A stretch of 62,065 nt of DNA from Nitrososphaerota archaeon (GTDB taxonomy: Archaea > Thermoproteota > Nitrososphaeria > Nitrososphaerales > Nitrosopumilaceae), in assembly GCA_022562615.1 (NCBI GenBank), contig JADFOW010000002.1, forward strand, positions 4,208 to 66,272, read 5' to 3'. Each line of letters opens with the position of its first letter. Positions within the stretch are counted from its first letter, which is position 1. Under the pieces are notes generated by a model, which saw only the letters and a list, made by a program, of their open reading frames with translations, had not been told where the DNA came from and did no database searches. The position numbers were made by a program, and so were the translations under genes. Shown here in pieces: positions 28,750-37,779 of this stretch.

Positions 28750-29394
28750 ATGGAAAAGAAACAGACCAAAAGAATGGACCTAGTTAGAAAAACATTTGAT
28801 GAATGGGCTCAAAATGGTAAAGCTGAATTAATGGAGCAAGAACATGGTAAAAATGTATCAAAGTTTTTAGAAAAAATTTCTTTTAAAAAACAATTTTCAT
28901 TTTTAGATGTTGGATGTGGAAATGGTTGGGTAATTCGGAAAGTTTCTACAAACCCAAAATGTCGAAAAGCGGTAGGAATTGACAAAAGTAAAAGGATGAT
29001 AATACAAGCTAAAAAAAATAAAAAAAATTCCAATGAAGAATATATTCACACAACTATTGAATCTTGGAAATACTCAGGCAAGTTTGATTTTATTTTTGCC
29101 ATGGAGTCTATTTACTATGCTGACTCTATAGAAGTGGCTTTGAAACAAATATACAAATTATTAAAACATGGAGGACAGTTTTTCTGTGGGATTGATTTTT
29201 ACCTGGAAAACAAGGCAACAACAAAATGGTCTAAATTGATGAAGGTACAAATGCACCTACATTCAAAACGCCAATGGAAACAATTTTTTGTTGATGCAGG
29301 ATTTGAAACCAAGACAAAGCACATTAAAGATTTGAAAAGCAAAAAAAAATGGAAACGTGAATTTGGAACTTTGTTTATCATAGGAAAAAAATGA
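28750..29394 (+). CDS. class I SAM-dependent methyltransferase
   Basis: Motif I FLDVGCGNGWV, post-I GIDKS, and motif II/III region FDFIFAMESIYY...LKHGGQFF. Confidence 0.8.
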   Translation: MEKKQTKRMDLVRKTFDEWAQNGKAELMEQEHGKNVSKFLEKISFKKQFSFLDVGCGNGWVIRKVSTNPKCRKAVGIDKSKRMIIQAKKNKKNSNEEYIHTTIESWKYSGKFDFIFAMESIYYADSIEVALKQIYKLLKHGGQFFCGIDFYLENKATTKWSKLMKVQMHLHSKRQWKQFFVDAGFETKTKHIKDLKSKKKWKREFGTLFIIGKK

Positions 29395-29404
29395 AAAAGA
29401 AATG

Positions 29405-29422
29405 TTCAAATTAAATAAAAAA
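29405..29422 (+). promoter_or_regulatory. A/T-rich TATA-like box upstream of RNase P RNA
   Basis: ttcaaattaaataaaaaa ends 12 nt before the first nucleotide of the predicted P1 helix. Exact box and TSS are not determinable by eye. Confidence 0.3.
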
Positions 29423-29433
29423 AAATAGAAAAC

Positions 29434-29717
29434 GTGTGAGCTGGAGCACGAAACGCTGCTACGGCAGAGGAAACTCCTCCCTCCATACAGGAAATGTGAT
29501 CCGGAGATGGATAATCAGAGATGATTGGCAACGGAGCAGAAAATAATCCAACCTGGCGCACTGTGATGGCAAAACCTGAGATTTCCAGAGAAGGAATGAA
29601 AAAAGCCGACCCGCATGGAGCAAAGCCAAACAGAACTGAAGGATCCTGTACCAAGTTCAGGTAGGCTGCAAAGCGAAATATCGTGAAAACAGAAGGAGGG
29701 TTACTCCCAGCACACAC
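29434..29717 (+). ncRNA. rnpB: RNase P RNA (archaeal type A-like)
   Basis: A GC-rich island in an AT-rich genome. P1 pairs 5'-GUGUGAGCUGGAG with CUCCCAGCACACAC-3'. CR-I-like GAGGAAACUCCUCC pairs with CR-V-like ACAGAAGGAGGGUUA to form P4. A T7 run follows immediately. Confidence 0.8.
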
Positions 29718-29762
29718 TAATTTTTTTAAAAATAAAAAATTAGATTGTAATTAGCTATCTTA

Positions 29763-31145
29763 CTACAGTTGCCCGACGGTTTCTTTACAAACGTCGGTTG
29801 AACATGTACAATCTGCACTACAAATACAATGACCTTGCATTGCACAGTCACATGAATAATCAGGATCGCCACTATCTGCTTCGCATCCACAGGCTTGATC
29901 TAGCATGGTAGGGGTTGCTGTTTGTGGTGGAGGGCTTTGTTGTGGGGGGGCTTGTTGGGTAGTTTCTGCATCATACAGGATTCTGGTCTTTTGATAATCA
30001 CTATCATCTGTTAATTGGGCTTCTCCCCTGTTAGTGTGATAGCCACCAGATGCGAGGCTGGTGTCATACATAGTTAACCTGCTCGGATCAATTCCTGTTT
30101 GGGCCGTTTCTTGATTCTTGAGGGACCTGCTACTTTTTATAAAAAATCCAACTCCGCCGATAGCAGCCATAGCTGCCATTCCATAAACAATCGTCACGGG
30201 GAATTCACCTGTGGAGGTTGTTGCATATCCCGAAGGGGCAGTAGGAGTCACTCCTGCAATTTCTACGCCATCTAACAAATCTAATGCACCAAACCCAATT
30301 GTAGAAAGATTTGCTGCATCAGCTGATTGAACACTTCTAATTACATACTTTTGATCAGCATTAACTTCTGCTTCAAAAACTCTTTCAACTTGCCTTCCCT
30401 CTCTAAGACTACTCTCCCCCATTGTCCAATGAGATATGACAAAACCGGTTATTGATTCATCTAAACCAAAAGTACCGGCATCAACGTTGATTCCAGTTGG
30501 ATCAAACAAAAAGTGCCAATTCGTCATTGGTTGTTCTAAGATATAGTTTGCATCTATCAGATTTTTTGACAAAATTTGTTCGGCTTCAGTTCCTGCTAGA
30601 ATATTGTATACGGCAGGTTCCTTATCTCTAAGTAAAGAAATAGGATGGTTTATTTCCACGCCGTCAATTACAATGTCATTAGTAGCAGTCAATCCTCTCC
30701 AACCCAAATCAATCAAAGTTTTAGATTGATCCTTGGAAATTATATAATTAATTAAGGTTCCTTCTAAAATCAATTTGTAATCTATTGCGGCAGCTAGGTT
30801 TCTCCCTTTAAGATGAAAGTTATAAGTCACATCTAGATCTGAAATTATCACTTGACTTCCATCACTTTTAATTTTGGAGTTTAGAGCATTAATCAGATTT
30901 TGAACACCGGGATTTGTTGAATCTGCAGCTCCCGTGATAGTCCATTCTTGAGTACGTAATTCATCAAATATTTTTCCACCATTTGGATATTCAATAAACA
31001 CGGTTTTAATGTAAGTTACTTTGAAGGTAGATTCATCACTATTAGGATCAATTCTAGCATTCATTTGAGCTGCCCATGCAGGTGAACTAGTACTAACTAC
31101 AAGTAGGCTAACCAAGAAGATGGTTAAAATTATAGCCCTAAACAC
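29763..31145 (-). CDS. type-I membrane protein with cytoplasmic PQ-rich and CxC-rich tail
   Basis: Signal peptide ...STSSPAWAAQ, ~300-aa ectodomain, TM helix FPVTIVYGMAAMAAIGGVGFFI followed by KSSRSLK. The tail ends CGCEADSGDPDYSCDCAMQGHCICSADCTCSTDVC. Confidence 0.8.
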   Translation of the reverse strand: MFRAIILTIFLVSLLVVSTSSPAWAAQMNARIDPNSDESTFKVTYIKTVFIEYPNGGKIFDELRTQEWTITGAADSTNPGVQNLINALNSKIKSDGSQVIISDLDVTYNFHLKGRNLAAAIDYKLILEGTLINYIISKDQSKTLIDLGWRGLTATNDIVIDGVEINHPISLLRDKEPAVYNILAGTEAEQILSKNLIDANYILEQPMTNWHFLFDPTGINVDAGTFGLDESITGFVISHWTMGESSLREGRQVERVFEAEVNADQKYVIRSVQSADAANLSTIGFGALDLLDGVEIAGVTPTAPSGYATTSTGEFPVTIVYGMAAMAAIGGVGFFIKSSRSLKNQETAQTGIDPSRLTMYDTSLASGGYHTNRGEAQLTDDSDYQKTRILYDAETTQQAPPQQSPPPQTATPTMLDQACGCEADSGDPDYSCDCAMQGHCICSADCTCSTDVCKETVGQL

Positions 31146-31257
31146 GGGTTAATTTCTTCGATCAAGAGTAATAAACTTATCCAAAAAAAATAGATCGGAA
31201 TATTTTGAAAAAGTAATATTGAGTAATATTGACAGACATTATGGTTTTAGAAGAAAT

Positions 31258-32184
31258 ATGATGGTAGCTATATTAGCCGGTGGGACAGGTTCTGTTAAAC
31301 TAGTTAGAGGGTTGGTATCCCAAGATATCAAAGTGAACGTAATCTCTAACGTCGGTGATAATTATTGGTTATACGGACTCTATGTTTGTCCAGATATTGA
31401 TACTATAATTTACGGCCTAGCAGACATACTTGATCAAGAAAAAGGTTGGGGAATTAAAAAAGATACCTTCAACTTTTTGAGGCAGATGGAAATTTTGGGG
31501 GAGGAGACGTGGTTTAGAGTTGGAGACAGAGATGCTGCCACTCATTTGATTAGAACAAATATGCTCAAAAATGGAAAAAATTTGAGTGACATTACAAAAT
31601 GGTTATGTGATAAGTTTGCAGTGAGTGCAAACATCATACCAGTTACTGATAACACTATAGAAACTAGAATTACGACGGACAAGGGAGAAATGCATCTACA
31701 GGAGTATTGGGTAAAACATCGAGGAAAGGATCCTGTTAAAGGTATACAGTATATTGGAGCAGAAAAAGCAAGGCCAAATCCAGAGGCAATTAATGCAATT
31801 CATGACGCAGATAGGGTAATACTTGCACCAGGAAATCCATTGACATCAATTGGTCCAATGCTTCAAATCAAAGGAATTAGAAAAGAACTTTCAAAAATGA
31901 AGAGAAAAGTAATTGCAGTAAGCCCATTGATTGGAGATAAAGCCATTACAGGTCCTGCCGCAAAATACATGGAGGCGGCAGGTATTGAAGCAAATGCGTA
32001 TGGATTGGCAAAGATGTATTCAGATGTTTGTTCCAATATTGTTGTCGATTCAAAAGACAAGGCTTTGGTAAAGAAAATTCAAAATTTAGACATGAGGGGA
32101 TATGACACAAAAATAATTATGAAAAATAAAATATCCGAAGACGCTTTAGCTAGTTTTATTTTAAAACAAATTCACGTAGTTTGA
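31258..32184 (+). CDS. cofD: 2-phospho-L-lactate transferase (F420 biosynthesis)
   Basis: N-terminus MMVAILAGGTGSVKL, then PGNPLTSIGPML, typical of CofD. The ATG at 31258 is preferred over the TTG at 31219. Confidence 0.9.
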   Translation: MMVAILAGGTGSVKLVRGLVSQDIKVNVISNVGDNYWLYGLYVCPDIDTIIYGLADILDQEKGWGIKKDTFNFLRQMEILGEETWFRVGDRDAATHLIRTNMLKNGKNLSDITKWLCDKFAVSANIIPVTDNTIETRITTDKGEMHLQEYWVKHRGKDPVKGIQYIGAEKARPNPEAINAIHDADRVILAPGNPLTSIGPMLQIKGIRKELSKMKRKVIAVSPLIGDKAITGPAAKYMEAAGIEANAYGLAKMYSDVCSNIVVDSKDKALVKKIQNLDMRGYDTKIIMKNKISEDALASFILKQIHVV

Positions 32185-32819
32185 AAACCGCTGCAATAAT
32201 ACCAGTAAAAACTTTCTTACAAGCAAAGACAAGATTAGGAATATCATTAGAGCAAAAAGAAAAAATCTGTGAAATAATGTTAGAAGAAGTTCTCTATACA
32301 TTATCAATTTCACCCCAAATCGATAAAATCATAATTGTTACAAAGGAAAAAAAGGCCTTAGACATCAGTAGAAAATTTGATGCAGTTCCAATTATTGATA
32401 ATAAAGAATCTGGAGTAAACAATGCAGTTGCACTAGCTGATAAGTATCTTTTAGAAAATAGATTTGAAACTTCAATTGTTTTTCCTCAAGATATTCCATA
32501 TATCAAAACACAAGATATTGATTTCATGTTAAAATTTAAAACCACCTCAGAATTTGCAATTATTGTTCCCTCAAGGAGATTCGATGGAACGAATGCCCTT
32601 GTACGAATGCCAGTAAATTTGATGAAAACACATTATGATGAAGATAGTTACAAAATTCATATGAGTACGGCCAAAGAAATTACTAGAGATGTGTCTTTGG
32701 TGTTTGTAAAAAGAATTATGTTGGATGTAGATAATATGGAAGACCTAAAGTTCCTACTAAGTCAAAATGAAAAACCAGATGTTGCAAAAAAAATTCAGAA
32801 TGTTTTAGAGTTAAAATAA
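32181..32819 (+). CDS. cofC: 2-phospho-L-lactate guanylyltransferase (F420 biosynthesis)
   Basis: AAIIPVKTFLQAKTRLG N-terminus and ...DGTNAL pattern. The TTG start overlaps the cofD stop (TTGA). Confidence 0.8.
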   Translation: MKTAAIIPVKTFLQAKTRLGISLEQKEKICEIMLEEVLYTLSISPQIDKIIIVTKEKKALDISRKFDAVPIIDNKESGVNNAVALADKYLLENRFETSIVFPQDIPYIKTQDIDFMLKFKTTSEFAIIVPSRRFDGTNALVRMPVNLMKTHYDEDSYKIHMSTAKEITRDVSLVFVKRIMLDVDNMEDLKFLLSQNEKPDVAKKIQNVLELK

Positions 32820-32913
32820 CCAATTATTGACATTTGCTCAAAAGAAGCTAATTTTAGCCAAAATTCATCCAAATTTTTATATAAAATAAGATAATAATTT
32901 TTAAATAGTATAA

Positions 32914-33084
32914 AAAATCCTCGCACGAAAAGACCCTATGGGTTTAGCTGCTGCAGCACTGTACGTAGCTTGTGTAACAAATGGTGAAAATAAAACTCAG
33001 AGAGAGGTGGCCGAGGCTGCAGGAGTGACTGATGTTACCATCCGAAACAGGTACAAAGGTCTAAAGATTGCATTAAACCTTTAG
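32914..33084 (+). pseudogene. 3'-terminal fragment of a transcription factor B (TFB/TFIIB) gene, last ~56 codons only
   Basis: In-frame [56 protein letters not shown] matches the end of the second cyclin fold, including the HTH helix [10 protein letters not shown]. There is no Zn-ribbon, B-finger or first cyclin repeat upstream. An internal ATG lies at 32938. Confidence 0.6.
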
Positions 33085-34107
33085 TTTGGATTCTCTTTTA
33101 GAATAGAAAAAATTTACCAATAAAAGGCTAATTGACAACGCTCCGGATATCAAGAATATTATTTCCATTGTACTAACCAAAGGATGAGAAAATGCGTCTT
33201 CCATGGAAATCAAATTTATCTGTGAGATGAAATTCACATATGAAAATATAAAATAATTAGTTGCCCAATGAACAAGAATTGCTGAAATCAATCCATATCT
33301 AAAATATAACCATCCTAAAATTATTCCACTTGCAGTAGCCTGGGCAAATTTTCCCTCACTCCATGGCTCTCCAGAAATTATATGAGATATGCCAAAAAAT
33401 ATAGCCACAACAACAATCAAAATTATTGCTCTTCTTGATTCGTAAATATGTAAATTATCTGACGGAGACCATAAGGATTTGAAAAAACTCTTAATCGAAG
33501 TTCTGTGAGAATATAACGCAACCAAAGGAAGGCCAATTAAGATTACTCTAAAGCCTATCTCTTCAGTAATAGGTGCCAGGCTAACATAAAAAAATTGGAT
33601 TAGATCATTTTCAACAACAGGGGGAATTGTAGAAATCCCAAATCCTTCTTGAATAAAATTAATTATTGCAGATACAAATATCAAAATTGAAAACCCCATG
33701 GTGACGGCTACCATGTAGTTTGATTTTGCTTTTAGTTTACCCTTAGATAAAAGAGAAGACATGGTTTTAAAAAATCCGTCTTTTGGGCCAACCATTGCAA
33801 CGGCAAAAAAAATAATGTACATAGACCATAAGACAATAAAGGCATCTCCAATTTCAATATCTATGGGAATTGAAAATTCAGTTCCTGCTACAGATATTTC
33901 AAATTGATTTAAGGGGTATTCAAAATTAATGTCATCTCCTAGCTCACTATGATACATCACATATGCCCCTATAGGGAATGAAAGAACCATCATTCCAAAT
34001 ATTACCGATAATAATGCAGAATGAGGAATTCCAAAACTCTGAAGAATTTTATTTGGATTTTGCAATTTTGGTCTAATGAAGTTCAATACTTGACTCAGAA
34101 AACCCAA
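33073..34107 (-). CDS. CPBP-family (CAAX-type) intramembrane metalloprotease
   Basis: Motifs [15 protein letters not shown] (EExxxR), FFGISHI (FxxxH) and HWATNYF (HxxxN) on a polytopic scaffold. The ATG at 34107 overlaps SUI1 by 35 nt. An in-frame TTG at 34065 would remove the overlap. Confidence 0.8.
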   Translation of the reverse strand: MGFLSQVLNFIRPKLQNPNKILQSFGIPHSALLSVIFGMMVLSFPIGAYVMYHSELGDDINFEYPLNQFEISVAGTEFSIPIDIEIGDAFIVLWSMYIIFFAVAMVGPKDGFFKTMSSLLSKGKLKAKSNYMVAVTMGFSILIFVSAIINFIQEGFGISTIPPVVENDLIQFFYVSLAPITEEIGFRVILIGLPLVALYSHRTSIKSFFKSLWSPSDNLHIYESRRAIILIVVVAIFFGISHIISGEPWSEGKFAQATASGIILGWLYFRYGLISAILVHWATNYFIFSYVNFISQINLISMEDAFSHPLVSTMEIIFLISGALSISLLLVNFFYSKRESKLKV

Positions 34108-34381
34108 GACTGATCAAAGTCTCTTTTATTGTTTCTCGATGATCACCTTGCAAAAATATGTAACCCTCTTTGGCGGTTCCGCCACAAGCATACTTGTTCT
34201 TTAAATCTCTAGCAACACTTTCTAGATTATTTAATTTCGAATCCATGCCTTCAATCATAGTCCCTTTTTTCTTAAATCTCCTAGTTTCTAATCGAATTAT
34301 GATTTTTGTATTGTCTTTTGCCAGCTCGCTACAAGCACATAGATCTTCAGGAAGGCCACAAGTATTACAAATTACTGCCAT
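34073..34381 (-). CDS. translation initiation factor aIF1/SUI1
   Basis: CNTCGLPEDLCAC N-terminus, IRLETRRFKKKGTMIEG and YACGGTAKEG...LQGDHRE are classic SUI1 motifs. Confidence 0.9.
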   Translation of the reverse strand: MAVICNTCGLPEDLCACSELAKDNTKIIIRLETRRFKKKGTMIEGMDSKLNNLESVARDLKNKYACGGTAKEGYIFLQGDHRETIKETLISLGFSESSIELH

Positions 34382-34475
34382 TCGTCCGAAAAAAGTTCCT
34401 TCTTCAGACTATTAAGCCTTCTTAGATGAAAAATTAGCTGTAAAAAACAATGGGATTTTTTAGACAGAATATTTA

Positions 34476-34808
34476 ATGAAATTTGTGTCAAAAGACCTTA
34501 CAAAAAAAGCAGTAGAAATGTTACTTCAAGGAGCCACTTTGTTAAGAGAACCGTGTCCTTATTGTTCAGGAGTTAGAGTAATGAGGGAAGGGCAAGCCTT
34601 GTGTGTTAGTTGCGGCAGAGAACCTGAAAAAAGAAACATTACTCAACAAGATAACAAGGGACTAAAGACAAGTTTGCTTGAAACATTAGAAAAAAAACTT
34701 GACGTGCTATCTAAGGAATTAGAACAAGAATCTGATCACGAAAGGCAGCAGGCCATACTAAAATCGATTAATTCCCTTATCGAGGCAGTGGATAAAATCA
34801 AAAAGTAA
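34476..34808 (+). CDS. UPF0148/autoantigen-p27-like zinc-ribbon protein
   Basis: LLQGATLLREPCPYCSGVRVMREGQALCVSCG followed by an acidic coiled tail. Family recalled from archaeal genomes. Confidence 0.6.
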   Translation: MKFVSKDLTKKAVEMLLQGATLLREPCPYCSGVRVMREGQALCVSCGREPEKRNITQQDNKGLKTSLLETLEKKLDVLSKELEQESDHERQQAILKSINSLIEAVDKIKK

Positions 34809-34973
34809 CTAAATTATTTTGGGAAGGATGAGAATTAAAAATTCACTATTTTTTGAAATTTTACAGATCATTATTAAAAAACACCTCTAAATTGTGAATA
34901 CTTTTGATTTAAAGCCAAATTTAGGCATAGCAATAAAGTATTTATGTCAAAATTATGGTTTTGAGAATTAACT

Positions 34974-35138
34974 ATGGCTGATAAAAAAGCTGCGCCGCTA
35001 CCAGCATCAAGCGGAGGTTTGATGAGATTCTTTGAGGATGAGACCAAAGGATTCAAAATTGATCCAAAAATCATAGTTTGCATACCAATGAGTTTAATCG
35101 TTGTTTCATGGCTTATTGAAATATTCCTAGCACCGTGA
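34974..35138 (+). CDS. secG: preprotein translocase subunit Sec61-beta (SecG), 54 aa
   Basis: Hand translation gives MADKKAAPLPASSGGLMRFFEDETKGFKIDPKIIVCIPMSLIVVSWLIEIFLAP. It has the conserved GGLxRFF motif plus a C-terminal tail-anchor TM. Below the track cut-off. Confidence 0.7.
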   Translation: MADKKAAPLPASSGGLMRFFEDETKGFKIDPKIIVCIPMSLIVVSWLIEIFLAP

Positions 35139-35145
35139 TCACCTA

Positions 35146-36885
35146 ATGAAAAAATCGGAAGACGATGTTTCAAATATCCATAATAGGTTTTCCCTGACCC
35201 TAGTCAATCCGTCATCACAATATTTTTCTCTTGTAGTTTCTTTACTTGTCGCATCTGTGATTGCAGCAATAATTCACCTGTTGTACCTTGGAACTGATGA
35301 ATTATGGTTTAGAATTCCAATAGTACTTGCAACCTTAGGGGTTGTTCAATTGATCGATATACAATTTACTAAAAGAAAAGAATACTCAAAATCACTTCAT
35401 GCATCCCTTTTTGGAAATTTACTTTGGCTTTTAACATTGGTAATGGGAATAGCTGCAAGCATAGTGTTATCTAAGGAGTTATCACTGTTTTTCATTACCT
35501 TTGGGATGCTCCTATTTGCAAGTTTTAGAATAGCAATTTTCACTACAACATTAGGGGCAAATATCAAAAAAGCATGGGCCATTTGTCTTGTTCAACCACT
35601 TTCAATGTTTCTGGTATTAGTTCCAATGGACATGTGGATTCAAATGGTAATGGAACCAATGACCTTGGGATATGGGATATCCTTCATCATAATTGCAAGT
35701 GTTTGGGTGAAATTAACTGATAAAGCAGGTAGACCTGGAATGGAAAGCACTCACAGGACCATTCAAGCATATTTGGCATCGCAAAAAAATGATTTTTCCG
35801 AAGCTGAAGAATTAATGGAACAACGTTCAAGTAAAACTAAAATTGCCACTACCCAAATCAGGCTACACTCCCCTAACCATAAGACAGACTTTAGAATGGT
35901 TTTGCCAGAAATTCATCCAGGACCATATCATCCAGTGGGTGGAAGTAATATTCCATATTTGATTTACAAGAACCTTGATTCGTCAGCAATGGTTATGCAT
36001 AGTATTTCTGATCATTCATTGAATCTACCCTCTAAAAACGAAGTGGAAATTTATTTAAAAAATCTAGACAACTGTGTGACCAAAGAAGAGGGGCTTACAT
36101 GTACAGAGCCTGTGACTGTTCAAATTAACAAGGCCAGAGTACTCGGAATACTATTTGGAAATAATCCATTGTTGTTTTTATCACTGTCTCCTCATGGAAT
36201 GGAAGATATTCCAAATTTTATGAAAAAAGATATTGAACAGTATGCAAAAAACAGAAATTACTCCAAACCGTTGATTGTTGATTCTCATAATGCAATGGGA
36301 AAAGAAATTTCAAAAGAAGATGCAGAAAATATGCTAAAGGCTGCAAAATCTTGTCTTGACACTTTAATTAGAAAAAACAGTTATCCCATAGAGTTTGGTT
36401 ATGCAAACTCTGAGGATATGGATGTTTGGACTGAAGATTTGGGAATGGGAGGCCTAGGAATAATGTGTCTGAAAATCAATGACAAGAAATTCTTTTTAGG
36501 ATGGGCAGATGCAAACAATATGGAAAATGGGGTTAGAGAAAAAATCGTTCAAAATTTTGCAGATAAAAACTATAATCTTTTAGAAATATGTACATCTGAT
36601 ACTCATTTTGCACGTGTAAAGCCAAGGAACAAAAACGGATACAATCAACTAGGATTGATGACAGCCGCCGACAAATTATCAAATTGGTTGTTAGAGATTG
36701 CAAAAAAGGCAGAGGATGGAATTGAAGTGGCAAAGTATGAGATTCTAGAGAATCAGACTGAAGTAAAAATAATGGGTCAAGAAATTTTTGAAGATTTTTC
36801 AAAAGCCCTAGACAATTCCCTAAGGATTACAAAGATGATCATGAGTGGTTGTGCTGTATTGTTTTTGACTAGTTTGTTTCTTTAG
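35146..36885 (+). CDS. polytopic membrane protein with large C-terminal soluble domain (DUF2070-like)
   Basis: 579 aa, ~6 N-terminal TM helices, a final C-terminal TM. The family name is from memory of archaeal DUF2070 proteins and is not verified. Confidence 0.6.
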   Translation: MKKSEDDVSNIHNRFSLTLVNPSSQYFSLVVSLLVASVIAAIIHLLYLGTDELWFRIPIVLATLGVVQLIDIQFTKRKEYSKSLHASLFGNLLWLLTLVMGIAASIVLSKELSLFFITFGMLLFASFRIAIFTTTLGANIKKAWAICLVQPLSMFLVLVPMDMWIQMVMEPMTLGYGISFIIIASVWVKLTDKAGRPGMESTHRTIQAYLASQKNDFSEAEELMEQRSSKTKIATTQIRLHSPNHKTDFRMVLPEIHPGPYHPVGGSNIPYLIYKNLDSSAMVMHSISDHSLNLPSKNEVEIYLKNLDNCVTKEEGLTCTEPVTVQINKARVLGILFGNNPLLFLSLSPHGMEDIPNFMKKDIEQYAKNRNYSKPLIVDSHNAMGKEISKEDAENMLKAAKSCLDTLIRKNSYPIEFGYANSEDMDVWTEDLGMGGLGIMCLKINDKKFFLGWADANNMENGVREKIVQNFADKNYNLLEICTSDTHFARVKPRNKNGYNQLGLMTAADKLSNWLLEIAKKAEDGIEVAKYEILENQTEVKIMGQEIFEDFSKALDNSLRITKMIMSGCAVLFLTSLFL

Positions 36886-37052
36886 GTCTAATACTAGTAA
36901 TTACCAGACCTAGCAGCAATCACACTGACCCAAGTTTTGGATTACAAAATTTACAATCAATTAGACATTTACAATGGACAATATTCACGAAACTGTTTTT
37001 TTGATTCTTCCATTATTAAATTATTTTAAGAAGGGATTTAGTTAGGGAATTT

Positions 37053-37697
37053 CTAAGTTTCCATAGTTTTCATTTCTTGGAGATTTCCATAAAATTCATC
37101 CACAAAAGATGAGAATTGAAAAATTGGAACTATTGGAACACGGTCAATAAAATCAATCTTATCTTGATATAAGGTAACAATTACAGGCACAGCAATAGCA
37201 CCAGATGTTTTTGAGATATAGTGTTTTGTTCTTTCTATCTGATTTTTTACCGCTTCAGACAAGGCGGAGGTACTGTATCTTTTCCAATGCTTGCAATCAA
37301 TTAGCATTGCTATCCCTAACCTTATCCCAATTACATCAATTTCCATTCGTGGTTTTGTAAGAATAAGATTTTTTATTATTGCAAAATTCTTGGCTTCTAA
37401 AATTTCTGCAGTTAATCCTTCGAAGTCCTTCCAGTTGAGTGCAATAACAACCTCATCAAGAGGCAAGCCACTTTTAATTAGCATTATTGCTGTCTTTAGT
37501 TTGTCGCCATCTTCAAAATAATATTTACCTTCTTGTCTTGACCCAATACCTTTTTTAAAAAATGTCTCTAAAATTTTTTTTGATTCCTTAACATCAGTTT
37601 TAGTAATAACAGAAAAATCTTGAACAGAAATTCCCCCAGGAATGATTCCAGATAAGGTATTCAACATTTTTGTTGTAAATTTCAACTGTGTTTTCAT
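37053..37697 (-). CDS. putative PD-(D/E)xK nuclease-fold protein with N-terminal wHTH-like domain
   Basis: EIDVIG ... MLIDCKHW gives a D...D-x-K arrangement on predicted beta strands. The N-terminal ~90 aa are helical. Confidence 0.45.
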   Translation of the reverse strand: MKTQLKFTTKMLNTLSGIIPGGISVQDFSVITKTDVKESKKILETFFKKGIGSRQEGKYYFEDGDKLKTAIMLIKSGLPLDEVVIALNWKDFEGLTAEILEAKNFAIIKNLILTKPRMEIDVIGIRLGIAMLIDCKHWKRYSTSALSEAVKNQIERTKHYISKTSGAIAVPVIVTLYQDKIDFIDRVPIVPIFQFSSFVDEFYGNLQEMKTMET

Positions 37698-37779
37698 TGG
37701 CTAATAAGACGATATAGGTTTTAGGAAATAACAAACCATGGTTATAATGAAATAAGTTTTATTAAGACTGTTTCAAATT

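Noticed and set aside
29406-29717. 103-aa minus-strand ORF (MCAGSNPPSVF...)
   Set aside because: It lies entirely within the GC-rich RNase P RNA, which is on the plus strand with P1 and P4 pairings and a T-run. The Pro/Ser/Ala-rich product and GTG start look like an artefact of GC content.
34874-35173. 99-aa minus-strand ORF
   Set aside because: It is antisense to the well-supported Sec61-beta gene (34974-35138) and runs into the start of the next plus-strand gene. It has no protein-like features.
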